Assembly (NCBI GenBank): GCA_050013255.1
Contig: JBEKFP010000001.1
Span: 544,001 to 608,000 of the forward strand
Length of the DNA: 64,000 bases
Direction: 5' to 3'
Origin: Candidatus Bathyarchaeia archaeon
GTDB lineage: Archaea; Thermoproteota; Bathyarchaeia; 40CM-2-53-6
Both the position numbers and the translations under genes were made by a program. The notes under the pieces are model-generated. The model was given only the letters and a program-made list of their open reading frames with translations, did not search any database and was not told the origin of the DNA. Shown here in pieces: positions 38,187 through 47,379 of the stretch (positions are counted from its first letter, which is position 1; each line of letters starts with the position of its first letter).

Positions 38187-40111
38187 GCTCAAGTTCGACA
38201 TCGAAAAGCGCCGCACTTTTCGGACCAATCAAGAGTCACTCTTCATCTTCCTATGCCCTAGGAAGCACTCTTCTCGCAATTGCTCTGTGGGGCGTTTACG
38301 CATACTATGTTCAAGTGACGACTGGACTGGGAGTCACAGGAATGAGGTCCGTCGTGTCATGGGCCTTCTACATAATCAATTTCGTCTTCTTCATAGGCAT
38401 AAGCCATGTCGGCGCTTTGATGTCTGCAATACTTAGACTCACAAATGCAGAATGGAGGAAACCAATCACTAGGATTGCCGAGGTGGTTACTTTCTCGTCA
38501 TTAATGATGGCGGTCATGATGCCATTGATCGATCTCGGGAGGCCAGATAGGCTGTTATACACGATTATTTTTGCTAGATTTCAGTCCCCGTTAACCTGGG
38601 ACTTTATGGCAATCGGAACTTACATGATCGGGAGCACCATCTTCTTGTATCTTCCGATGATTCCAGATATCGCATCATGCAGGGACAAATTGGAAGACGC
38701 GTCTAAGTTTCGCAGGTGGCTTTACGGGAAGCTCTCCTTAGGTTGGAACGGTTCATCCGATCAATGGAGACACCTTGAGAAGGCGATTAAGATGATGTCA
38801 ATCATAATCATACCCATCGCCATCTCGGTACACACGGTCGTATCTTGGGATTTTGCCATGCTGTTCAGAACGGGTTGGAACAGCACAATCTTCGGCCCGT
38901 ACTTCGTAGCGGGCGCATTGTTGTCCGGTGTTGCAACCGTAATTTTGGTAATGGCTTTTCTCACCAAGTACTATCATTTGGAAGGCTATATCACGAAACG
39001 GCACTTTGATAATCTCGGAAAACTCCTGATAGCCCTTGACATCATCGTCATCTACTTCACTATAAACGAGAATCTTGTCCCCGGCTACAAGTTCTTCGAT
39101 TCATCAAGCCCTGAAGGGCAATGGATGGCGTCCCTACTCTGGGGTCAGTACTCGACATTCTTCTGGGTTCAACTCATTGGCGGACTCGTGATTCCAGCAT
39201 TTCTGATAGGGCTACCTCGCACAAGAACTATAACCGGATATCTCGTCGCGTCATTGCTTGTCGACGTTGGGATGTGGATTGAACGCTTCAATATTATTGT
39301 GCCAACCCTAGCCCTTCCACAGCTAAGTTACTCATGGGGATCGTACGTACCGACTTGGGTGGAACTCTCAATTGTCGCCGGCACCTTCGCGGGTTTTACT
39401 CTCATCTACTTCGTTTTCAGCCGCCTGTTTCCGGTCATCTCAATCTGGGAAACGGAAGAGCCGAGTGAGGCAAATCCAACGGTCTTCTCGCCACCGTCTA
39501 TGAGGTTGACACTGCAAACTAAGTCTACATCGTCAATGGCGGCGTCCAAGAGAAGCTTCCTGAAATACGGAACGTTTGCAATCGTAGGTTTCGCATTGGG
39601 ATTTGCTCCAATACAAGTTCCAATCAGACCATTGAACTCAAGCGGAAATCGTTCTTCCGTCCCTGTGGTGCCTTTGTCGAACCTCGGGGTAAGTGTCTCG
39701 CTTGCCGAAGCAAAGAAAGCTATTGGGTTCTCAATTTCAAAGCCAACTAAACTTCCGCTAGGAAGCAAGCTGAAGGATGTGAGGGTTTTGGGAGGCAATC
39801 ATATCGTGTCGTTAATTTACGAGAATCCGTTGACCAAGCCACTTTCCTTGTACAATGAAGATGTTGCACTCGTCATCATTCAAGCGCAGGACTCGTTTAA
39901 TGTCACTTCTCCAGCTTATTTGCCGTCTGAATTTATACGAGTTAATGTCGCGGGAAACATTGGCTTCGCAAGAGAACCAAGCCAAGTTTCGGGTGGTGTA
40001 ACTGAGCCTGGCCAACTTCAATGGTGGATAAACGGTGTCCGTTACGCAATATTCGCTGACAGCACGATTAACGAGATGACGAAGACGGCCGAATCCATGG
40101 AGGCGCTTTAA
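38183..40111 (+). CDS. NrfD/ActC-like quinone-binding membrane subunit with C-terminal fused domain
   Basis: INFVFFIGISH, RIAE, DLGRP, SPLTWD, SVHTVVSWDFA, STIFGPYFVAGA, MWIERF, FPVISIWE, then SKRSFLK+TM and a ~160-aa soluble domain. Confidence 0.92.
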   Translation: MSSSSTSKSAALFGPIKSHSSSSYALGSTLLAIALWGVYAYYVQVTTGLGVTGMRSVVSWAFYIINFVFFIGISHVGALMSAILRLTNAEWRKPITRIAEVVTFSSLMMAVMMPLIDLGRPDRLLYTIIFARFQSPLTWDFMAIGTYMIGSTIFLYLPMIPDIASCRDKLEDASKFRRWLYGKLSLGWNGSSDQWRHLEKAIKMMSIIIIPIAISVHTVVSWDFAMLFRTGWNSTIFGPYFVAGALLSGVATVILVMAFLTKYYHLEGYITKRHFDNLGKLLIALDIIVIYFTINENLVPGYKFFDSSSPEGQWMASLLWGQYSTFFWVQLIGGLVIPAFLIGLPRTRTITGYLVASLLVDVGMWIERFNIIVPTLALPQLSYSWGSYVPTWVELSIVAGTFAGFTLIYFVFSRLFPVISIWETEEPSEANPTVFSPPSMRLTLQTKSTSSMAASKRSFLKYGTFAIVGFALGFAPIQVPIRPLNSSGNRSSVPVVPLSNLGVSVSLAEAKKAIGFSISKPTKLPLGSKLKDVRVLGGNHIVSLIYENPLTKPLSLYNEDVALVIIQAQDSFNVTSPAYLPSEFIRVNVAGNIGFAREPSQVSGGVTEPGQLQWWINGVRYAIFADSTINEMTKTAESMEAL

Positions 40112-40112
40112 G

Positions 40113-41090
40113 GTGCGAAGTGCGCCTGCCCTAATTGTACTGTTCACATTCTTCTTAATCCTTCAATTCGCAAATGCAACAGCAGCGTCGAGTCAATTGA
40201 CGGACATTTCTGGAAACCTCACGGTCTTCAACCTCACGCCAAGCAGCAATGAAACAGGAGTTAGGTATTTCACAGTCCTCGTGAGCGCCTCAGGATTCAA
40301 CGGCTCGCCTAACCCATTCTACCTTCAGGTAATTCAGGGCGATCGAGTCGATATCCGGTTCATCTATGCCGACCAAGACCTCTCTTTCGATAACCCTCAC
40401 AAGATGCTCATTGGTGGATACAACATTGTGACGGGCAATGTTGATAGACAGATACCAGTACAGGAAGTGAATTTTACTGCAAGTCAAGTTGGGAGTTTTG
40501 CATTTTATTGCATTATTCCATGCTTCGGCATGGAGAACCTGCAGGGAGGCTTCCTCGTTGTGAGTGCTTCAACGCGGACAGCGCCCGTCTCAACTAACCT
40601 TAGCCAATTGAATGTCGCAGCACGTGGAAATGTCATCACCGTATCGGTACTTCTTGCCAATAAGAACGGAGCCCCTATATCTGGTGCAATCGTAGAATTC
40701 TCTGTAAGCAGCGACTTTGGTCAAGTGAAGATGGGCCAGAATACGACTGGCTCCGATGGAACGGCCCAACTTTCTTTTCCGTTGAGTACCCCCAGAGCAA
40801 TTTTTGTGACAGTACATTTTGCAGGCAGCGGTCAATACTTGCAAAGCCAGACGGCAATCTCGTTCATTCCTCCGCCTCAGCAAACCGAGCCAACCCTCGA
40901 GTCGCCTTATGTCAACGGACAGGCACCAAGCGTCGATATTCGACTCGCGGGTATCCTACCCGTCCATTCATTGATCATCGTAACAGTGGGTTTGATTGTT
41001 GTCCTATCGGTATGGTGCGTATACGCACTCGTCTTGAAGGAAGTAGTGGGGGTTTGGAAGGCTGGCAAAACAATGGAGGAAGACAAATGA
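40113..41090 (+). CDS. Secreted cupredoxin + Ig-like domain protein with C-terminal TM
   Basis: Signal peptide; NPH...GSFAFYCIIPCFGMENLQG; Ig-like GAPISGAIVEF..TTGSDGTA; C-terminal hydrophobic helix. Confidence 0.75.
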   Translation: MRSAPALIVLFTFFLILQFANATAASSQLTDISGNLTVFNLTPSSNETGVRYFTVLVSASGFNGSPNPFYLQVIQGDRVDIRFIYADQDLSFDNPHKMLIGGYNIVTGNVDRQIPVQEVNFTASQVGSFAFYCIIPCFGMENLQGGFLVVSASTRTAPVSTNLSQLNVAARGNVITVSVLLANKNGAPISGAIVEFSVSSDFGQVKMGQNTTGSDGTAQLSFPLSTPRAIFVTVHFAGSGQYLQSQTAISFIPPPQQTEPTLESPYVNGQAPSVDIRLAGILPVHSLIIVTVGLIVVLSVWCVYALVLKEVVGVWKAGKTMEEDK

Positions 41091-41608
41091 ACGATAAGCA
41101 CCTAGCTGTAATTACACCGCTCATACTCCTCGCCATAATGGTGGCCTTCACACAGACTCAGATAGTGCCCATATGGCTCACCGACCACCGCTCATCACTC
41201 GAATCCTCGCTGCCCGATGTCTCGGGCCTGCAATTAGTGGGCTACAATTTCAACAGAGATCTCGTGCAAGTCTCAGTCACGCTATGGAACAGAGGTACCA
41301 GCCCTCTGAACATAACTGCAATTTACTTCGACAACGTGAAACTCATCAAAGGAACAGTTGGATCCCCAACAGATCCCACAATTATCGGGTCTACGCCTGA
41401 AGGAAACCTTTCGATTACTTCAAACGATATTGTGTTCCCAGCTAGCTCCCGGTGGAACATGTTCACCGGGGGCGGCAACATACCCATCATTCAGCCTAAC
41501 GGGTTCGTTACGCTTTTCCTAGGCGTCTCATCGCCTACGCCTGGCTCCATGCACACGCTGATTGTTCTCGCAGGAGCCCAAGAGTTCGTTTTCGAACTTC
41601 AGAGATAG
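41087..41608 (+). CDS. Membrane-anchored beta-sandwich protein
   Basis: ATGA overlap with the upstream gene; N-terminal TM; VSVTLWNRGTSPLNITAIYFD resembles archaeal Ig/pilin-like domains. Confidence 0.75.
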   Translation: MNDKHLAVITPLILLAIMVAFTQTQIVPIWLTDHRSSLESSLPDVSGLQLVGYNFNRDLVQVSVTLWNRGTSPLNITAIYFDNVKLIKGTVGSPTDPTIIGSTPEGNLSITSNDIVFPASSRWNMFTGGGNIPIIQPNGFVTLFLGVSSPTPGSMHTLIVLAGAQEFVFELQR

Positions 41609-41930
41609 CGTAACAAGTGGCTCTACGAGAATCCGAATGCCATACAATTACTGCTCACGCCCGCAGATAGAGAATAGGGAACTTTTCAGCACGACGGGCC
41701 CCAGCAACCGATTCGGCGACATGTTCAGAGGTGGCATAACTAATATTCCGAGCATTATTACATGGCACCTCGCCATCTTCCTTGCTTAGCCGCCCTGACA
41801 AAATGTAACGAGTAAGCCTAACCAAGGAAGATCTGTCATTTGTTATTGATTCTAATCCGCTACATCTCAAGGGTTCGGCGTCAGATTAATACAGCATGAA
41901 TACTTGACCGTGCCATAGGCGGATACAGGT

Positions 41931-42401
41931 TTGGCTCAAGGTCCAATTGCAGCGGTGGTTATGCAGTTGAGTTTGAGATATGTTAAGGCTAGCTTGATCT
42001 ACCTGGCTGTGGGAGGAACATTACTTCTCCTGACATTCGCTCACATCTTGCCGTTTGAAATGACGGCTTTCTACTTCATGCAACTGTATGGCTTCGTTGC
42101 AATGATGATTTTCGGCTTATCGTACCTCTTCGTTCCTTCATTTTCCCATGCCTTCCTGCACAGCCTACGCTTGGCGAAAATGCAATTCTGGCTGATGAAC
42201 CTCGGAATAATCGGAATGACCGTATCATTTTCAGGTTTGATCCCGTACAATCCCAACATAACATACCTCGTGGTCAGCTCCCTCGTCGTTCTCGTCCTAG
42301 CTTTGTACCTACACGCATACAACCTGTGGCGGACAATGCGAGGTTGGAAGGGCTCGCCGGGTGAAAAACTCGCCCGAGATGTTGCCGCCTCGAAACAATA
42401 A
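41931..42401 (+). CDS. Four-TM protein resembling a cbb3/CoxI-like repeat unit
   Basis: YVKASLIYL, QLYGFVAMMIFG.SY.FVP, QFWLMNLG. Confidence 0.7.
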   Translation: MAQGPIAAVVMQLSLRYVKASLIYLAVGGTLLLLTFAHILPFEMTAFYFMQLYGFVAMMIFGLSYLFVPSFSHAFLHSLRLAKMQFWLMNLGIIGMTVSFSGLIPYNPNITYLVVSSLVVLVLALYLHAYNLWRTMRGWKGSPGEKLARDVAASKQ

Positions 42402-42457
42402 CCAAACAGTTGCGAACAAACAGGCAGGTAAGTGCCGTGTCACGACTGTTTCGGAGT

Positions 42458-42688
42458 ATGCTCGATAAATCATTCTTAATTCTTCTAGCGGCTCTCGTTG
42501 CAATCGCATTCTCACTATTCACGATTTTCCACTTCTTATTGCTCTCACAACTCGGCGAACCCGACGGTTTGACCGCATTTATTGTGGTTGCTTGTCTGTT
42601 AGTTGCTTGTTACGTGCTTGGGTTCATCGCGATGGCGTTTTTCGGGCTTTTCGTCTTAACGGAATTTTGGTGTCGAGGCAAGAGGTAG
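42458..42688 (+). CDS. Small two-TM hypothetical protein
   Basis: Two long hydrophobic helices, GGAG before ATG. Confidence 0.55.
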   Translation: MLDKSFLILLAALVAIAFSLFTIFHFLLLSQLGEPDGLTAFIVVACLLVACYVLGFIAMAFFGLFVLTEFWCRGKR

Positions 42689-42794
42689 CCATTGGTACGG
42701 GCAAGGGTCTTGTTGGTCTGCCTTCGAACAGAAGAAAGTATTCAAATACGGTGTGTTGATTCTAACGGCGTATATTTCAGGCCGTGTGTTGAGC

Positions 42795-44009
42795 ATGGTT
42801 GATGGTTGGTCCCCTCCCAAAAATGCGAAAATTTGGGGCCATTTGTTCAACGAAGTGGTCCGTGCAAAGCACTGCATGATGTGCGGCGCCTGCGTCGCCT
42901 CATGCCCGATTAATGTTCTCAACGTGAATGTAAATGAAGAACCAGTCATCAAAGGACCATGTGCCGCCTGCCAGGTTTGCTATTACAGCTGCCCCAGGCT
43001 GGAGTTTCCTTTGGATGAAATTGAGTACTACTTGTTCGGTAGGACTCGGAAACCCGAAGAAGAGTCACTGGGGATTTACAGGAATATTTACTCCGCGAGA
43101 GCGTTGGACGAGGAGATTTGGCATGCAGGCCAAGATGGCGGAACCGTAATAGCGCTAATGACCCACGCCCTCCAAATAGGACTGATTAACTCCTTCGCCA
43201 CATCAGACTTCACGAAATCTAACTCGGTCTTCGTTCTTGGCAACGGAATGACCCTCAAGACAGTGCCCGTAGTAGGGGATACTGCAGCCGACCTAATTCG
43301 AACAGCCGGTTCGAAGTACACTCATGGCGGCGTTCTCGGCGTCTTGTCCGACGCCGCCGCATCATACCCCGATGGGCGAGTTGGTTTAGTTGCCCTTCCG
43401 TGCGAACTACAGGGACTATGGCGAATGTACACATCGCTGCAGGCCACGGTGAAATTTGGTGGCTCTTGGATCAGAGGTGGAAGACCAGTTCTAACAGTTG
43501 GGTTGTTCTGCTCGAAAGTGTACACACACGACCAGCTCGTCACCGAATTTATCCAAAAGAAACATGGGATAGACCCTGCAAAGATTACTAGGACGGTTGT
43601 CAAGAGGAACCGGTTCAAAGTCTACGTCGGAGCCGACCCCGTCCTCGACGTTAACATCAAAGAACTTGAGCCATACATGAGCCAACCGTGCCATTACTGC
43701 ATCGACTACGTTGCCGAATTGGCGGATATTTCGGTTGGCGCAGTCGGTTCAGCTGACGGCTGGACAACCGTTATCGTGCGTTCGGAAATGGGACAGAAAT
43801 TATTCGATAGCGCGGTCAGGTCCAAGGTCATCGAAGCTGCTCCTATAGAAATGGTCAAACCCACCGGACTACCATTCCTTGTTAAGCTCTCTAACAAGAA
43901 GAAACGGGAACGCAACGCATACTACCTGAGGCGGGGGTTACGCGAAGGGTTCCTTGAGCAAAGAAAACATGAACTCCTCCAAATTACCCCTGTCCCGACA
44001 GCCCAATGA
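42795..44009 (+). CDS. F420-dependent dehydrogenase beta subunit (FrhB/FdhB/FpoF family) with N-terminal ferredoxin
   Basis: CMMCGACVASCP, CAACQVCYYSCP, GQDGG, AGSKY, LPC, GLFC, CHYC, ADISVG. Confidence 0.9.
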   Translation: MVDGWSPPKNAKIWGHLFNEVVRAKHCMMCGACVASCPINVLNVNVNEEPVIKGPCAACQVCYYSCPRLEFPLDEIEYYLFGRTRKPEEESLGIYRNIYSARALDEEIWHAGQDGGTVIALMTHALQIGLINSFATSDFTKSNSVFVLGNGMTLKTVPVVGDTAADLIRTAGSKYTHGGVLGVLSDAAASYPDGRVGLVALPCELQGLWRMYTSLQATVKFGGSWIRGGRPVLTVGLFCSKVYTHDQLVTEFIQKKHGIDPAKITRTVVKRNRFKVYVGADPVLDVNIKELEPYMSQPCHYCIDYVAELADISVGAVGSADGWTTVIVRSEMGQKLFDSAVRSKVIEAAPIEMVKPTGLPFLVKLSNKKKRERNAYYLRRGLREGFLEQRKHELLQITPVPTAQ

Positions 44010-44181
44010 ACTCCCAACCTACTACCTACCGAGCATAGAAAGAGTTCATTGAAACATGAACCATGCCAAACCACCCAACGCTTGAAATGGGTCGGAAATT
44101 TTCCACCAAGTAGGTTTGAGTTCTACCAAGTGGAAATAGGTTTATCAGGTTTCTTTGAGACTCTGCCTTGCGGATCGAATC

Positions 44182-44823
44182 ATGAGCCAAACAAAGGAAA
44201 CAAAGGAACCGAATCAACCGAGTCGCAGTTCCGGTAGCAAATTGACCATCGCCGGCCTCGCTCTTGTTGCTGTTCTCAGCTTAGCTTTTGCAGGTTACAC
44301 TGCTCTTAACCCTCACATGTCGACTGTTACTCAACAGCAATTGCTGACAAACACGCAGAGCTTCTACAATACGCAAACCCAGACGGCGACAAGCCTTAGC
44401 ACGGTAACCAGCGTCCAAGTGGTCACGCAAACAACAACTACTGGGTATGGTAATGGATATTATCAGAACTGTCCGTACTACGGATGCGCCTACCCACCCC
44501 AGAATTACAATCCAGCGTACAGCAACTACTACTATTATCAGCCTCCGTGTCAAGCAAGCAGCGCAAGTAGTAACGCCGTTTCATGCCAAGGATTCTTCTA
44601 CCAAGCCTCAAACGGATGCACAGTGCTGGTAATTCCGGTAAGGAATCCAGCCATTCAGGAGAGCTACGTCTACCAATACTATACGTTGCAAAATCTGTCC
44701 ACAACCTATCCCAATTGGACATGGGTAACTGTGAATGGACAACTATACCAGGGCAGCAACACAAGCTCCAACGGCGCAGCATGTCCCGGCAACTACATCA
44801 CCGTTAGCTCGATCTCGCAGTAG
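44182..44823 (+). CDS. Membrane-anchored Thr/Gln/Tyr-rich surface protein
   Basis: Single TM, T/Q-rich stalk, Y/P-rich linker, 6 Cys, beta-rich C-terminal domain. Confidence 0.8.
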   Translation: MSQTKETKEPNQPSRSSGSKLTIAGLALVAVLSLAFAGYTALNPHMSTVTQQQLLTNTQSFYNTQTQTATSLSTVTSVQVVTQTTTTGYGNGYYQNCPYYGCAYPPQNYNPAYSNYYYYQPPCQASSASSNAVSCQGFFYQASNGCTVLVIPVRNPAIQESYVYQYYTLQNLSTTYPNWTWVTVNGQLYQGSNTSSNGAACPGNYITVSSISQ

Positions 44824-44907
44824 ACCGAATCAATCTATAGAAGCGAAACTATAGAGGCAAAACTTAGCGCCGGTTGCCCTCCCATTTCTTAGGTTTAGAT
44901 AGGTAAC

Positions 44908-46365
44908 TTACGACGCGTTGACTGTTACGCTCTTTATTCGCGTGTAATGGTTGATTGCTTGTAGGCCGCTTTCGTAACCTATCCCGCTATCCTTGTAGCC
45001 GCCAAACGGAGTCTGAGGGTACGCGACTAGGTAATCGTTTACTGCTACCACGCCAGCTTGAAGTTGGTTAACGAGCCGTTGAGAGAGTTTCAGATCATTA
45101 GTCCACAGACCCGCGTATAACCCAAACTTGGTATCGTTCGCCATCTGAACAACCTCCTCAACCGACTTGAATTTGAACACAGTTAACACTGGACCGAAGA
45201 TCTCTTCACATCCAATCTGCATGGTGGCGGTGACGTCTGTGAAGATCGTTGGTTTGAGGAAGTAGCCTTTACGCAAGGTTTGTTCTTGTGGTACAGTGCC
45301 TCCAGTAATTAGGCGTGCTCCGTCCTCACTCCCGGACTTGATGTAGTTCAGTACACGTTCTTTCTGGTCTTTGGAAACTAACGGGCCTAATTCGGTTTTC
45401 TCGTCTTGGCCAGGTCCAATCTTAATGAGTTCGGTCTGCTTCTTCAATTCGGTGAGAAATTTTTCGTATATCTCATAGTGAAGAAACAGTCGAGAACCGG
45501 CCCAACACATTTGCCCTGCGTTTGTGAAGATTGCGTACTTTGCCATTTGCACAGCCTTTTGAAAATCCGCGTCAGGGAAAACTATGTTCGGATTCTTCCC
45601 ACCCAATTCCAATAGAACTGGCGTAACATTCTTCGAAGCTGTTTCCATGATCTGCTGACCAGTTTCTGTAGAACCGGTAAATGTGATACCGTCTATACCA
45701 TGGTTGGAAATCAATTCCCTACCAGCCACAGATCCGGAGCCAGTTATGACGTTCAGAACGCCGTCAGGGATGCCTGATTTCTGAGCGTATTCTGCAATTT
45801 TGAGAAGTGTCAGCGGTGTCAATTCCGCAGGTTTCGCCACAATGGTATTTCCCGCGGCGAGCGCTGGAGCGATGCTCCTTGCGGCGAGGGCTAGTGGATA
45901 ATTCCATGGTATGATGTGCGCTGTCACGCCGACGGGTTCGCGGAGGGTGTATGTTAACCTGTTAGGCGTAACGGGAATCGTTTCGCCCTCGATTTTGTCC
46001 GCAGCGCCGGCCCAGTACTCGAAAGCGCGGACCGCCCAAGCCACGTCTCCCTTCGACTCTCGAATTGGTTTTCCTTGATTGAGGGTTTCAAGTTTCGCGA
46101 GCTCGTCAAAGTTTTGGCGCATCAACGCCGCTATTTGCATCAGCAACTTACCGCGTTTCGTTTGTTCCATGTCACGCCAGCTAGCGGCCTCGAGAGCTCT
46201 ACGCCCCACTTCTACGGCTTCGCGGATATCGTCCTTCGTGGCCCTTGGGACACGCCCTATCACATCCCCCGTTGCAGGATTTCTCAATTCGAACGTTTCT
46301 GTTGAGCTACCCGCTGTCCATTTTCCGTTCACAAAGAACTTCGAAGTCTCAGTTTGCATAGTCAA
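44908..46365 (-). CDS. NAD-dependent aldehyde dehydrogenase
   Basis: IIPWNYP, FTGST, LELGGKNP, NAGQMC, EEIFGPV, PFGGYKDSG. Confidence 0.97.
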   Translation of the reverse strand: MTMQTETSKFFVNGKWTAGSSTETFELRNPATGDVIGRVPRATKDDIREAVEVGRRALEAASWRDMEQTKRGKLLMQIAALMRQNFDELAKLETLNQGKPIRESKGDVAWAVRAFEYWAGAADKIEGETIPVTPNRLTYTLREPVGVTAHIIPWNYPLALAARSIAPALAAGNTIVAKPAELTPLTLLKIAEYAQKSGIPDGVLNVITGSGSVAGRELISNHGIDGITFTGSTETGQQIMETASKNVTPVLLELGGKNPNIVFPDADFQKAVQMAKYAIFTNAGQMCWAGSRLFLHYEIYEKFLTELKKQTELIKIGPGQDEKTELGPLVSKDQKERVLNYIKSGSEDGARLITGGTVPQEQTLRKGYFLKPTIFTDVTATMQIGCEEIFGPVLTVFKFKSVEEVVQMANDTKFGLYAGLWTNDLKLSQRLVNQLQAGVVAVNDYLVAYPQTPFGGYKDSGIGYESGLQAINHYTRIKSVTVNAS

Positions 46366-46415
46366 AGATTACACACAACTGTTACGGCGCAAATCTGAAC
46401 CGAGCGGTTATGATG

Positions 46416-47048
46416 CTAGGCTAGTTTAGAGTTTGCTTGTGCCACTAGTTCGCTTAAGCTAGTTTCCTTGCAAAGCTCTGGAGGTAGGCCGCATAAACAT
46501 AACAGTGCCGAAATTATGTTCGCTTCATCGTCGATAGTTTTTCTGATCTCTGATTCAATCTTTTTCAGTTCAGTCTCCGTCTGCCTGAATGTATGACCTA
46601 TGAAGATTTTGGGTGTAAACCCGGCACCAATCTGCATGAACCTGCCCCCAATCAGCAAGAAGGGAATCTCTTTGTCCGAATTGAATTTGCGCACCAGTTT
46701 CTCATCAGTCTTCAATAGTTTCTGAAGAGGCTTGAACTCACGATCCTTGGTCTCCCGAGAGGCGAACTCGATGTGTGGGCTGTTATAGGAGGCCTTCGTG
46801 AAATCATAGGTCGGCAGGTTGAGGAATGGCTCATCCCTAGCTGCGCTCATTGTCTGTTTGAGGCCATCCCACTGCCCGAATTTCTGCAGAGCCCTAACTA
46901 TGGCCCAACGTTCCGCGGCGCAATATGGGCAGTATTCAGCGCCCATAAAGAAGACGTAGAGCTTCCCGCCACGTCTCATAACGTTCTCTGAGACCTCCAC
47001 AAACTTGCCCAGAACCTTAACCTGCCTGCTCATTGCTTGCTTACTCAT
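46416..47048 (-). CDS. DUF929-like thioredoxin-fold protein
   Basis: GAEYCPYCAAERWA..ALQKFG, IPFLLIG; start ATG 47048. Confidence 0.82.
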   Translation of the reverse strand: MSKQAMSRQVKVLGKFVEVSENVMRRGGKLYVFFMGAEYCPYCAAERWAIVRALQKFGQWDGLKQTMSAARDEPFLNLPTYDFTKASYNSPHIEFASRETKDREFKPLQKLLKTDEKLVRKFNSDKEIPFLLIGGRFMQIGAGFTPKIFIGHTFRQTETELKKIESEIRKTIDDEANIISALLCLCGLPPELCKETSLSELVAQANSKLA

Positions 47049-47379
47049 TGCTCTGCCGCGCCGCCACGGAATATTAATGGTTATCATTTATTCCTACCTG
47101 TACCTTTCGACAAAAACAAGCTAACTTTTCCTCTCTGTAAACTTTCAGGAACCTTAAACGCGCTCACCCGAAGAAGAGGCTCATCACCCACAAAAGTGTC
47201 AAAGGCGACGCTAAGAATGGATTAGCGTGTGTCTTCCCAAGTTTGAAAGACCGACAAAGGGTTAGTTAACTGCGCAGTCGATGGTTCCAAGGAGAAGGCT
47301 TTGGTTCAGTTATTCAGGACTGAGAAGTCAAAGGTCTTTTAAACTAAGGATCGAAAACATCTGTGTTGGAGGATTTGTT

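Noticed and set aside
37374-40111. Ordinary polysulfide/DMSO/tetrathionate reductase operon
   Set aside because: No molybdopterin subunit is adjacent, the Fe-S protein has its own Tat signal, and the membrane subunit motifs are ActC-like.
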